Assembly: GCF_006345805.1 (NCBI RefSeq)
Contig: NC_042998.1
Location: forward strand, 55,490,001-55,554,000
Origin: Octopus sinensis
Taxonomy: Eukaryota
Length of the DNA: 64,000 bases
Direction of reading: 5' to 3'
Made by a program: the position numbers and the translations under genes. Each line of letters opens with the position of its first letter. The first letter of the stretch is position 1. This document shows, in pieces, positions 23,084-36,521 of this stretch. Below the pieces are notes generated by a model. It was given only the letters and a program-made list of their open reading frames with translations, was not told the origin of the DNA and did no database searches.

Positions 23084-26000
23084 TACTGTTGTGGTCTTCA
23101 TCTCAGATTCAGTTGCGTTCATTGAGTTTTTTTACCGCTCGGCAAGCATTCCGCAATATTAATGAATCTACTATACGCTGTTTCTTATATAGCGAAGCAC
23201 GAATTTCGTTCACACACATATTTGGTAAATGGATATTCTTCAAAGTGTACATTCCCAAAATACTCTGCAGCTTTCTTATGTTAAGAAAGCAAAGAGCTTC
23301 ACGTGGATATTATTAATATATATACCCGGAGCTTATTATCATAATAAATTCTAAACGTTTTACAGAATACGTAAATAAATTATGGCTCATTTATATAAAA
23401 CCGAAAACACGAATTTTGAAAGATCTTTTAGACTGAGTTTCATACGTCTCCAGTATAGGATTCTTCAGTAAGTGAGCGTTGTTCACAGGACTAAGCTAGT
23501 GTTAGGCCTTGATTATTTCAAGTTAAATTCCAAGAAACGCTGTCTCTCACCCACGAAAACTTTTCAAGTTCGCGCATCTCAAATATTTGGTCAAGAGACT
23601 CAACAAGGTGAAAACTTATTGTATAACACATTTTTCTTTCCTTCGTAATTCTTCAACAGCCTTGCTTATCATTATGAAATGATTAACATTATATTCTCTA
23701 CCGAGAATATAATGCATTTATTTTGGGATTAGAAGATCTAAAATATCATCGGCATTGCACCTCTTTACAAAAGGCATTAAAAATGTATTCCTCTGGAGAA
23801 AATGTGCAATATTTTTTTCTTTCTAACTTGGTGAGAAATATAGAATGCCTGTGTTATTATGGAGATAGAGAACTTTATTTTTCGATATATTCGCCTTTAT
23901 ATTTATTTGTATTTTGAGTATATCTATAAGACCGATGTAAAATCAATATTTATTTGCTAATATTTTAAATAGTTTAGAAAGCAAACAAACAAATAACTCA
24001 TGATTTAGACATACAAACATCTTTTCTTTAGAGCCATGATTTGCATGAATGTATATTAATATCTATTGGAATAATAACAATGATCAAATAGATAAATAAA
24101 TACTGAAGTAGATAAAAAAAATGCGAAAATATATGAATGCTAAGACAATGAGACTAGTTTTAAATAGTAGAATAAACCTTTCAGAAAGTGTTTAGAAAGA
24201 ATAAAAGATAGCACCAAATGAATGGAGCTACTAAATAAGAAAAATAAACGGAAGGTGGGGAGGGGATGATCTGGAACAGAGAGTTCTTCCAACTCCTACT
24301 ACAAGTTTATGAAAACTAGAATCCAGAATTAATGGTGAAAACGTGATGTAGTCAAAATGCAACGATGAGGCAAGTAAGCTAAAAGAAATATAAACTAAAT
24401 ATAATAAACAAAAAGCCAGATGAAAATAAATGGGATTTATTCATAGTCTTAGAGACGCATGTGAGCGGACGGTGTTGTTTTAAGTGTTAACAGATAACTA
24501 ACACGCCCATACGACCAGGGCCTCAGACGGTAGTTTTGTGTGTGTGCGTGTTATAATAGAAGGGGCTGAAATGAGGCCCGCAGCTTTGAAGGGGTGGACT
24601 CATATAAAGCAGTTAGAGAAAATTACATTTGAGTATCAACTGAAGCAGATATTCGAAACTAGAAAAGAAATGAAACAAAATAAACAATGTGACAATTACA
24701 AGTGATATTCAATTATGTTAGGGTGGAAGTGTTTTATAAATAAACTACAGCTTCTTTCATTGTCTTCCTTGTCGGACTTTCGGCAAATATCAAAAGAAAA
24801 AAAATTAATAAAGTACTGTGTTGTGTTTTCATTTAATTTCATACCATTCTCTTATAAATACTCTAGACATGCGCGGTGATAGCATAACCTATTTGGCGAA
24901 ATACAGCATTCATGAGCCGAAATCAGGAGTTCGCTTCCAGTTGGTACGTAAGACTTCAATTCGTTCTGTTAATTCGCTTTCCAGTTAAAGCTATATGAAC
25001 ATTCCAAAAATCTAATCACACTAATATTAATCTTTATGTCTGAGTTTGACACTGAAATACAACTTGAAATATCTAATAAATTTAATCCGCTTAATCTAGT
25101 CGACCAAAAATTCATAACTTACAGCAACAGAAAAGAAACCTATGGCCAAGTTCTGTCGTCAATTTTTGATTCTCTGTCAGCAACACATCAATCATGTTTC
25201 TCTTAATGACGTTAAGAAATTTGCATCATATGTTTTGTATTAGAAATATACTTCTCATATATTGCAATACCTAAGAATAAGGGGAAATTTGATTGTGTGA
25301 TGTCCATGTTTTTATCAAAAGCTTTAATCACAGAAGGACATGCTACATGTGAAAATTGAAATACTTTTTGAATGTGGTATGCTGGACGCTTTCTTCAAAA
25401 TTATGATAACCATAAAGACCCTGGCGTTTGAAATAATTAATAAAGTTGGATATCCAGCAAGCTTGGGTCCGGAAGTGTGTCGGATTTCTGTATTTTTTCA
25501 GCTTTCTGGAGACAAATATATACTTAAAATGTAAAATTAACTTTAGAATGTAAACAACTAAATTAATAAATGTCTTAAGCAAGCTCTGTCTGATATATAT
25601 TAATCTACTTAAAATACATCATATACAGTATGATGTTTATAGAATGAAAATTAAATGAAGAAAAGTAAGAAATATTATTTTAATTAATAGATAGCGGTAC
25701 CAGTTAATACGCTACTAAAATAGAGTACGTTTAATCTCTATCATAACACTTTAAAAAAATAAAGAACAAAACTATTTTAACACACCGTATGCTAATTAAC
25801 CACTTCAAAAGCAGAGCCTGTTAACTCAATACAGGATGTAATATATTGCACAGTATTTCCGGATTTCTGAAAATACCGAATTTCTGGAAGCCGGATAAGA
25901 GGTACTGTATAAATAGCTAGCCCACTACTACAACCGTAGGATTCTACCGGTTGACGTCGGAAGCATGTAGGCTGAGACTGAGGAAAGTGACCAAGCGTGT

Positions 26001-27279
26001 CAGTTGCCCATACAAGTAGAAAATAGATCTTCATTGCATAATACATGACTCACAGCCTCTCATCAATTGTCATCAAATACGCGGCTATCAGATTATGCCC
26101 AAATATTCAACTAGCTTAATAACTTTTTGCTAGTTTTAGCAGGGAAAACATGAATGTTATGTAACCACATAAAGTTTTCCTCGAAACTAGATATATATCT
26201 CCTTGCTGATTCACAACTCCCACGTGGAGTAAACTAACTTGAGAAAGCTCCTACAGCCGATAATGAAAAGAAATAAACAGGAAATAGGACGTGGGAGGGA
26301 GGTCTGATCTAGGAAATTTACCTGTATCGTTGTTTATAGAAATAGCCATGAATCACTCCAACAGTAGACTTATGCTGTATTAGAATCATGCTAAGAGTCA
26401 GCTGTTCTGTTAAAAACTTTGATAGAGTTCTGTATTTTTAAAAATGATTTATGTTTATCATTATTGTTCCAACTTTAAATGCACTGCTTGTTTTATTTAT
26501 ATGCTATAGCAGTAAAATTGAATGGAATTTCATAGTTTTATTTACAAACGCAACTTCAAGAACTGATGTTAATATGTACCAGAATTGCATGTGGACTTAG
26601 TTTTGGGTCTGTTTTCGTGTACATGAACTGCTTTCTCAAGAAATACCACAATGTTTGGTTTGGTAATGATGCATTCTAAGATAATTTATCACAGTCAACG
26701 TATGTTGACAAAAATAATTGAATAATGCAGATTTTTTTAATGTATACAAACCATTGCTTATTTGAAATTTAAGAAAGAGAAAAAGGAGTGGAGCAGCTTT
26801 TTTAAAACAAAAATAATTCAGCATTTTGCTTTTAAAATATCGGGCTACGTTTTAACTCAGTTATTAAATTTCTTAATAATATGTATTTGTTTTTAAATGC
26901 GTTTATACTTAACCAGACGTTCTCTTACTTCTTAACCAAAGAGTTGTCAGCTATGATTACTTCTTAAATATTAAGTTTTCTATTGTGATTCAGAAACAAA
27001 TTTTTGCTGTTCTACGTTAACAAGTCATGCACTTTGTACACCCAGAGTGTACTAACCTTTCAATTTCCCATCATCCTTTTAGTATTGCACAATTAATGCG
27101 TGAAAGATGATACGTGCTTTACTATAACACATTAATAACATATAATGAACTCGAAGGCGCTGCAGAGCAATGGTTTAGAAGTTAGGTTCACGTTCGATAT
27201 TATCGAGGAAATATTTGAACATGGTGGCATCAGCGAATAAATCCTCTATGATTTCTACAACACTATTACTTCTCTGCAG

Positions 27280-27460
27280 AAGATGGTCGCTGTATGCTAT
27301 ACATGACAACGAAGGGAAAAGTGAGAGCCTTTTTTCGTGTGGAAGCCAGAGAAGAAACTCATAGGAAGCAAGATAGACCTGTCAAAATCTGGTTGAGGAC
27401 TGTTGATGAGGATCTACTACAGATAGGTCAGGCCTGGCTTGACCTGGTGTAACGAGGCAA
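27280..27460 (+). pseudogene. RTE LINE C-terminal fragment
   Basis: RWSLYA...RKQDRPVKIWLRTVDEDLLQIGQAW resembles RLRWxGH...GRPxKTWxRTVxxDL..G.SW. Confidence 0.55.
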
Positions 27461-27950
27461 TAGGCTTGTGAAAGGGATTGGAGCCATACCGGGAGGGGAT
27501 GTCTCAACACTAGGATGTTCCACGAGGAGTGGGAGAAACTAAAATAAGCTGTTATTTCTCACAACGGGCATTTTAGACTACCCGTAAAATAGACTTACAT
27601 TTATATCGACTCGGAAGGTAAATAAATGCTAGATGCTAAGGTCATAAAGACAAGCCACTTATGGCTATAGTATGTGTAGATCTAACTTTTGTCCTGGTTT
27701 CTTGGTGCTCACTACATTTGTTTTCATATTATGAAAGGAAAAAAATACGATTACATAGACAAGGTATCTAGTCTCATATAATTACCTTTATACAAACATT
27801 CACTCACACACACACACACACACACACGCATAAGTACACTATTACATGGTTGTAATATGTGCATGTTTACTTATATGCAGATACATACATACCCACCATG
27901 CGCACGCACACACTCACACACACACGCACGCGCACACACACATATGAGTG

Positions 27951-28045
<95 letters not shown>

Positions 28046-28609
28046 ATGATGAAGTATATCAAATAGCATGTAAGATAAATTCTTTTTATTTTATTTTATT
28101 TTTTTGAAATTATCTCCGTTTCCCGAGAGAGTAGAGCAAGAGCTTGCAACAGGCATCAACTAAAAAATCAAGACTTCTCCAAAATTGATATACCATTAAA
28201 GAAAAGACATTTTTTTCTCTAGACAAGAGGAGAGCGGTGAACATTTGACTCTGCTTCAATAGGAATCAACAATTCAGCAATTATCTTCAGCAGATGAAAC
28301 ACTTCAACATATACAAGAAAATCTAAAGCTAGCTTTTCAGGAGGAATGTGATACGTTAAGTGACCTTTTCTGATTTTATTAAAGTAATTATATATTCTTA
28401 ATTAAAAAATCTTAAACTTATTGATAATGAAAAATATTAGTTCCGGATTTTCAAAATTAAAAAAATAATTAATTGGGGTTAATTAAATAAAATCAGTACA
28501 ATATTTTGAATATAAGTATGTTTACCAGTAAGATCTAAATTTTATACAACATTCAAAATTTGTCTATTATTTTACGTAAATTTATAACTCAAATTGAACC
28601 ATCTACTGA

Positions 28610-29500
28610 TTTTTTTTTGTCTTTAACCCTCCAGCATGGGGTATAGGCCACTTATAAATGAATTCCATGTCGCATAATTTTTCACTTCAGTACTTATACT
28701 CTGCCATGAATGTCCCCCTTTCTCTAATTCCTTTTGTGTTGATCTCCGCCACGAGTTCTTAGGCCTACCTCTCCTATATCCATCCGGTTTCCACTGTAAA
28801 GCACTTTTCGCTACATTTGGTGTGTCTTTTCTAATTGTGCTACCAATCCACTTCCACATTTTCTTAAATATTTGCTCCCTAATCGAAACTTGATTTGTTC
28901 TTTGCCATAGCTCCATATTGCTTATGTGTTTGTGCCATCTAATCTTAAGTATACTACGCAAGCATCTGTTGATGAATGATTGTATTTGCTTATTTGACTT
29001 AACTGTTCTTCGGCATGTCTCAGCGCCATACAATAACACCGCTTTTACGTTAGCGTTAAAAATTCTTATTTTGTTCTTTATTGAAATTACACTTGCACTT
29101 CATACTTTTTTTTAACAGGTGAAAAGCGGTCCTTGCCTTACTTATTCTCGTCTTAATATCTTCGTCGGTGCCGCCTGAGAGCGTTATCTTACTACCTAAA
29201 TACGTAAACTCGGCTACATCCTCTAGTTCACCAGTTTCTAGTTTAATACGTTCGCTGTTTTCTTCATTAACGCACATAATTTTTGATTTGTCGCGGTTGA
29301 TTTTCAATCCTAGTTTGGCAGCTATTGCTTCTAATTTTGACGTTTTATTTTGCATTTAGCTATATGTTTGTGAAAGTAGCGCTATATCATCTGCAAAGTC
29401 GAGATCTTCTAGAGCTTCTGCTTCCGTCCATTCAATGCCTGTTTGGCTTTCAATCGTAGTTTCCTTCATAATCCAATCTATAACTAGTAGAAATACTATT
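28610..29500 (-). pseudogene. 5'-truncated RTE LINE (RT domain to C-terminus)
   Basis: VIDWIMK...LEDLDFADDIALL, EFTYLGSKI...DIKTRISKARTAF, LLYGAETCR, WKWIGSTIRK...GRPKNSWRRS, followed by a short poly(A). Confidence 0.93.
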
Positions 29501-29880
29501 GAATTACTTGCATGCTAAATTTGTAAGACTTCAACATATTCAATACAAGAGTTTTGAACCCAATATTTACACGCTATTGTTTATAGTTTTGTCTGCTTCA
29601 AGATCCATCGTTCCAAAACAGAATTTTATATATATGTAGTCATACCGCCATGTTGGACCGCTGAACACTACACAGTTTCTCTCTCTCCGTTTTTTTTTCG
29701 TTCTCTCTTCATTTTCCCCTTTTATTGCTTGCTATCGGAGAGCGTAGATTTGAAACGTAAAAGACCTTTCCATTTTGGCCGAGCGTTAAACTAATATACC
29801 TACTTGTTGTTCCTACACCTGTCTTTATCTTTTGCTTTTTGTAAATTTGAACTGCACACACACGCGCGCGCGCGGCATAT

Positions 29881-29926
<46 letters not shown>

Positions 29927-29944
29927 CTTACATACATACACACA

Positions 29945-31188
29945 CGAGAGTGGGCTGAAAAGTTCGTAGGCTGACTATGAAGGAGTGATACTAACGCTGG
30001 GAAATTTTGCATCCATCAATTTCATCTCTTGTTATTAATAACTGCATTGGTTTTCTTTTTTCGAATAAACTGACATCTGACTGTTGAAAGAATACTTCAA
30101 AAGTAACTAGTAGCGACTTCTCTTGAAAGTGAACAAAATTTGGCATCGTTGTTTATTAAGTACTACAGAAAAAGGTTTAGCCCCCGAGGATATACACGCT
30201 AAAATAGTTATTACATCAGGTGGGGTGACGCTCCAGCTTTATCAACAGTGCAAAAGTCGGCAGCTGGATTTTGTAGTGGAACGGAGAGTCTTGAATATGA
30301 CCCAAGGTCTGGACGTCCTGTAACTGCCACCATCGAAGAAAACATTATTTACGATATTGTGATGTATGGCAGGCGATTGACAATAAATCAAATAGCCAAT
30401 GGTATTAGCACATCTCGTGAAAGATTTGAGAATATTTTGCACTTTGCATGACGAAGGCTTCTGCTTGGTAGGTACCATGTTTTCTGACACCTGATCAAAA
30501 GTGCACCAGGTTGTTGATCACACCACGGAAAATCTGCCATGGTTTGATCCAACTGGTTTCCTTGATTATTTCCTATCCCAGGATGAGTGTTGGCTTGATT
30601 ACTTTGAACCAGAGACAAAGAAACAATCCATGCAGTATAAACAGCCTTCCTCACTAACTCCAAAGTAGGCCAAGTGCGTTTCATCAGCAGGGAAGTTGAT
30701 GGCTCAGTTTTTTGGAGTGGCAAATAGCATTGTGTTTATTATTCAAAAGTTCCACAGCATTAACGGTGAATACTGTGCCAGTTTGCTGAGATAGTTACAA
30801 AAGGCTATCACGACAAAATGACTAGGAAAATTGATGAAAGGAGTCTTGTTTCATCAGCACACAAGTCTGTGGTTTCAGTGGCTACTGTCGAACTGTTTGA
30901 TCCCTACCTATTCTCTTGATTTGGCCCCACTTGACAATCATCTGTTTCCCAACATGAAGAAACACCTGACTGGGAACCAGTATCGCAGTGATGATGACGT
31001 CATATCTGCTGTTGATGATTTTTTGTCCAACACGATCAAAGCTTCTTCACCCATGGCATCCAAGTACTGCAACACTGATGGAAGAAGTGTGTGGACCACA
31101 AGAGGTACTATATTGAAAAATAAACTTCATTAGGTCACATTCTATGAGAGTATCTTGGTCAGCCTATGACATTTTCAGCCTACTCTCG
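29945..31188 (+). mobile_element. Full-length decayed mariner (DD34D-type) transposon
   Basis: ~32-bp TIRs CGAGAGTGGGCTGAAAAGTTCGTAGGCTGAC / GTCAGCCTATGACATTTTCAGCCTACTCTCG, with TA at the right end. Transposase fragments: SLEYDPRSGRP, QDECWLDYFEPETKKQS, SLDLAPLDNHLFPNMKK. Confidence 0.93.
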
Positions 31189-32224
31189 TATATATGACGT
31201 AGAGATACCCATAAGTACTACAGACATTTTAATAACAATACTGTCAAGGTTATTAACTCATGTCTCCGTAAAATAGCTTTCAATTTTCAATGCTGCAACA
31301 GAAAATCACGGACGCTCACATACCTCACTCAAACTCCAAGTCTCTAACAGTTGAAATCACACCAACTATCTCACTTCCTCACTCCTTATCATCTGCAAAC
31401 TGCGGGATTAATAAAACTACTTTCCCAACAGCACATGGAGTATGGTTGACACAACTCTTCTTTATTCATCCGGAATACGTAATTTCTAACAGCATCTATG
31501 AAACACTATATGCTGGAACAGACTGTTGTATATAAAAATGGAAAAACCTATTTATCGTATTTTTGCCACCAGGTAGATACCTTGTTAATGAACATTCAAA
31601 ACTATTTCTTAAAATACCGTTTTAATTTTATATAGCCTATACGTATTTGCAGGGAAGACAACTACTACTTGTTTATAGAACAAATACCAAGAAACAATGT
31701 TTCTCACGACATACAGTCAAGTAAACTTTGGCAGTTGGCATATGCTTCTATCAGATGATGTTGCTTAAAACACTTATAACCAACCTGATGTTACAATATT
31801 GTTAACCTCTTCGTGTGCATCGGAAGTAGCAAGTGCACTTTCATCCGATGTCGTAAACTGGTCGAATTTTGTTGGTGTCATAACAACTGGCATCGCTAGA
31901 ATCTCGCATTAAGCTACTTGAAAATTAAATGAGAAATGGTGCTTTTGCTGCACTCTCAATTTCAAAGTATGGTTTGAATTCACCAATGGAATCCCTACCT
32001 AAATATATTCACTTCTAGGCTATATTTATTCTGCCCTACTTCAACTTCAGGCTTTTCATGAGCTACACACAGGCATACGCGATATATAGAGAAATGGGGG
32101 GGTGACTCGTCTTATACATACACATGTACACACACACAAACACGGACATGTATATATGTATGCAGATCCATATGTATATGTGTGTATATATATATGTATA
32201 TATATATATACACTCGCATACACA

Positions 32225-33047
32225 TAGGGTGCGTAAGGTATTTGAGGACATACCTTTTTGGGGTTATTGCTGCCTTTTTTGCTAACTTTGTATAATCTTT
32301 GATTCACAAAATAATAATGGCAGACCCTCAGCTTTCTCAAGAAATGAAGAGGCACGATGTTGTGATTATAAAGGCTGAGCATAGTGATTTCGAAATATCT
32401 CGATTTTTTAAAGTTTCCAGATCTTTCGCTAGAGTGAGAGACTGAAGATGGAAGCGTATCACCAATATTAAAGCATAAAAAGCATTCTAAACGCTCTGAA
32501 ATCATCAGAACACCTGAATTTATCAGGCAAGTTCAACAGACCATTGATTACAATACCAGAAATCCCATGCGGTCAATTGCAAAAGATCTCCATGTGTCAA
32601 AAGAAACAGTCAGAAATGTTGTCCACGAAGACATCAGATATAAGTCTTATATTATGAGGAAAGGTCAATTTGTCAGAAAAAGCAAAATAAAATAACTACA
32701 TCAGATCTAAAAGGTTCCTTAAACAAACTAAAAATCCTGCAGAAGATTTGATTTGGTTTTTCTCAAACGAGAAAAACGTCGACCAAGATCAAAAAGTTAA
32801 GAGGAGAAATGCGAGATGGTTATGTGCAGACACTTCTGAAGTTCCAAGTGTTATGCATGCAAACTTTCCTGTAACTGTCATGGTTTTATGGGCTTGTCAG
32901 CAATGAAGAACATTTGATGCCGCCTTACTTCATTCCACAAGGCCTTAGAGTTAATTCTGCCGCCTACATTGAGGTCCTGTAAATAATTGTTAAGCTCTGG
33001 ATAGACAGTGTATGCAATGGAAGGCCATATGTGTTTCAGTAAGACCA
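32225..33047 (+). mobile_element. Tc1/mariner transposase fragment, maT/DD37D-like, 3'-truncated
   Basis: MRSIAKDLHVSKETVRNVVHEDIRYKSY, FFSNEKNVDQDQKV.RRNARWLC, MPPYFIPQGLRVNSAAYIEVL, NGRPYVFQ*D. Confidence 0.85.
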
Positions 33048-33328
33048 AATGTTAGGAAACTAACATGTGGGAAAGTAAGTTAAAATAATAGAATAAAATG
33101 AAATAAAAATATAATAAGAATAGAAATAGTTTCCGAACATTTGGTCTCTCTGATGAAGCCTTGGGGCTCAACCATTGTCCAACCCCTGTTCAATGTTTGT
33201 TCATCTCTGTATATCACTGGCGTGATGAGGATAACTTGGAAGATTTGACAGTCCCATGGTAGAAGCAGCTGTAAGAATTTACTATTTGTACACTCATCTA
33301 TTCTTATTTGTTTATTTTTATCTATATA

Positions 33329-33795
33329 CTAGCAGCATAGCCCGGCGTTGCCCGGGTATGTAAGAGACCCTAGTAGGCAACGACTAATCCCAATCTAGTC
33401 CTTTCCCTCTAGGGAACGAAGGCGCATGTGTAGGTTGCAATGTCTTCTCTTCACTCGAATACTTCTGTGTATACGATGTTCCTAGCTGTCCCTTTGGGCG
33501 AAAACATGAAAACATCATTGCGCCTCCCAACGCGTGAACAGCCCACGTACAGCCCAGAAAATGTGTTGCATATAAAAAGCTTAGATTCTCGACCCCATGT
33601 CGAATTTATCGATTTTTTCAGAACTGGGGGAACTTTTCAAAACTTTCGCTGCGTTAGTTTTGAATTATGACATTGGTCTATGTGTGTGTTAAGTTTCATC
33701 AGAATCGGTTGAAAGCCGTGGTCAGGGTGAGGGTACAACCTGACAGACACACAGACACACACACAGACAAACTGCCGTTTATATATAGAGAGAGA
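33329..33795 (-). mobile_element. Non-autonomous Helitron, third family
   Basis: CTAG at 33329 next to hairpin CCCG-GCGTTGC-CCGGG, and a (GACA/CA)n tract near the 5' TC end. Confidence 0.8.
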
Positions 33796-34008
33796 TTTAT
33801 TTACGTATTTATTGGCTTATTCCATTCGCTTACTTGGATCACTTTACACATATGATTGTAATCAATTAATAGATATTATTGAATGTTTACAGGCTGATGT
33901 TTGTCAATTGTCTATCCTCTCCATTTTCTTATTCGCCTTATAAATCCTGGGTAAATTTCTAATTTATCCCCACCCATACCGTATTCAATTGTGATATTGG
34001 CCTGCAAC

Positions 34009-34110
34009 AGTAAGCACTTGGTTATAAATACGTAGGTATACATCCAGTAGTATATCGGATATTTAATATCCCTTAGATGGTTACTTAACCTCAAACTCAT
34101 ACAGACATAT
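34009..34110 (-). repeat. 102-bp segment with an inverted copy at 36149-36250
   Basis: 101/102 identical by eye. Confidence 0.9.
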
Positions 34111-34111
34111 C

Positions 34112-34354
34112 TCTTATTATAAAAGGCAGATTTTATCTGCCTCCCTTTGGGAGTTATACAAATCTACAATATAGGATTTCTTCAATTACAATTTACCTAC
34201 CATTTTTGAGAGTACAATGCATCGCGTCATGCCAGGTCCAGTTTTTAAAATTTAAACTCCAATTAAGCAAAATTTACAGAAAACTCACATTCTGGTGTGT
34301 GTGTCAAATGCTTTTCTTAGTCTGGTTTACACCACACGCAAACGCACACACACA
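34112..34354 (+). mobile_element. Helitron family-2 5' head fragment
   Basis: TCTTATTATAAAAGGCAGATTTTATCTGCC..., nearly identical to 18929-19170. Confidence 0.85.
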
Positions 34355-34591
34355 GTGGGCAACGAATAAAGTGAAACTAGATGTAATATTTGTTTCTCTC
34401 TATCACGCTGATAGATACATGAGTAAAATGTATGGGATGCTCACACATAAGTGTGAGTGAAAATGTTCTTGGAAGAGAGTAAATAGCCAGAGATAGTGAT
34501 TTGAGGAAGACTTTACATTAAATAACCGTACTGGCTTGTGTTAGTAATAAAGTAAACATACACTCATACATACATACATACATACATACAT

Positions 34592-34624
<33 letters not shown>

Positions 34625-34687
34625 TACATACATACACACACACATACATACACACATACATACATACATACATATACATACATACAT

Positions 34688-34718
<31 letters not shown>

Positions 34719-35084
34719 TACACACACACACACAGTATTGAAGCTTGAGAACAATCAGATACATTTGCAACACATCTGTTGAAAATATTATTGTTCACAC
34801 ACATACATATACATATATACATACAGACAGACAGACAGATAGACACACACACACACATGATCCAGCATGGCCACAACCTCAAGGCTGAAACATATAAAAG
34901 AATAACAGAATATAAATGTGTGCATGTGTGTGAGAGAGAGAGTGTGTGTGTATATGTATGTATGTATGTATGTATGTATATATATATAATAATGCGGTTT
35001 TTTCAACAGCTTGAACTAAAAGTCAGAGGGGAATGGGATAAACTACTTATATTAACTTGCTATAAAAGCAGGTAGTAATTTTAT

Positions 35085-35430
35085 CTTGTCCTTATTCATA
35101 GTGCAAGTTTTGAAGAGTGCATTTCGATTTTAACAGCTATTTTTTTCAAAGCTATATTGGAACAGCCTAGAAGACGAGCCTCATCCTGAAAGATCTGTAG
35201 AACTCGACAAGGACATCCTGAAAACCCTGGTGGAACAAAATCTCATCGTAACTGTTGAGGAACTAGCAGAGAAGCTTGGATTTGGTCATTCAACCATTCA
35301 TTGAGACCTGTGTGCTATCGGAAAAGTCAGCAAATTGGGTCAATGGGTTCCTCACGAACTTTCCGAGTCTAATTGCATGCAGAGAGTGAATGTATGCTTT
35401 TCTTTGCTGTCACATCTCACCACTACTGCG
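35085..35430 (+). pseudogene. mariner transposase HTH fragment
   Basis: SLEDEPHPERSVELDKDILKTLVEQ...TVEELAEKLGFGHSTIH...KLGQWVPHELSE. Confidence 0.88.
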
Positions 35431-35439
35431 CTATGTATA

Positions 35440-36074
35440 TCTATATATATAAAACTGTAGTTGTGTGAGTGTCTGTCCCCTTCGATTTAGATTCCTAACT
35501 ACTCCCACATTTTGCGGTGCAGTTTAACCAAATTCGGGTAGCTTATAGTCGTGATTCATATCGAGCCCGTCTGAGTATTAGCGCGCGTCTACGATGAGTC
35601 TACGATTTTTAAAATAATTTAACATCATTTTTTATTCCATTTTAATGCATAATTTTTCGTGTGTCGATGGCGGCGGAGTTGGCATCCACGCTCACACCTG
35701 CACCTGTGGGGAAGGGAGTGCAAGGAATCAACGTCGTAATGCGTTGTCAAGGAGACCAGCGTTCTTTTAGAACAACGACTTCATGGCTTGAAGACACCAA
35801 AACAGAAATGGCTAAGAAAGCGTCTACATGAGTCTACGATTTAAAAAAAAATTACCATCGTTTTTTTTTCCATTTTAATGCATTTTTTCGCTATTATATA
35901 AGGGAAGTAACTCTCTAAAAATGTCTACGATGAGTCAACGATTTTTCAAAAAATTTACCATCATATTTTTTCCATTTTAATGCATTTTTTGCTATTTTTT
36001 GGCTATAACTCTCTAAAAATGCTTATATAGTTATTTCCCTTACAAACTCGAGCAACGCCGGGCGATACTGCTAG
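35440..36074 (+). mobile_element. Chimeric family-1 Helitron
   Basis: A|TC to CTAG|T. The 5' part resembles the 8248/8759 copies and the 3' part resembles the 21709 copy. Confidence 0.88.
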
Positions 36075-36102
36075 TATATATATATATATGTCTGTATGAG
36101 TT

Positions 36103-36148
<46 letters not shown>

Positions 36149-36155
<7 letters not shown>

Positions 36156-36250
36156 TGTATGAGTTTGAGGTTAAGTAACCATCTAAGGGATATTAAATAT
36201 CCGATATACTACTGGATGTATGCCTACGTATTTATAACCAAGTGCTTACT
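36149..36250 (+). repeat. Inverted copy of 34009-34110
   Basis: Direct comparison. Shorter partial copies lie at ~36086-36106 and ~36320-36356. Confidence 0.9.
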
Positions 36251-36264
36251 TTATTGTGACATAC

Positions 36265-36300
<36 letters not shown>

Positions 36301-36352
36301 ATGTATATGTGTGTGTGTGTGTCTGTATGAGTTTGCGGTTAAGTAAACATCT

Positions 36353-36460
36353 AAGGCTTTGGTCGATCCGAGGCGATAGCAGAAGACACTTGCCCAAGTG
36401 GGAGTGAACATAGAACCATGTGGTTGGAAGCAAGCTTCTTACCACACAGCCACGCCTGCA
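36353..36460 (-). mobile_element. SINE family A 5' fragment
   Basis: Reverse complement of the SINE-A head. Confidence 0.8.
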
Positions 36461-36462
36461 AC

Positions 36463-36521
<59 letters not shown>

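Noticed and set aside
25792-26046. 84-aa ORF with a hydrophobic start (possible secreted peptide)
   Set aside because: There is no recognisable motif, its 3' part runs into MITE-like sequence, and its length is within chance expectation.
31290-31535. 81-aa ORF in apparently unique sequence
   Set aside because: No recognisable homology and no convincing splice signals.
33150-33179. CTGATGA-AGCC-TTGG-GGCT-CAACCATTGTC hammerhead-like motif
   Set aside because: The essential GAAA is replaced by CAAC and no stem I forms next to the core. At best it is a dead relic.
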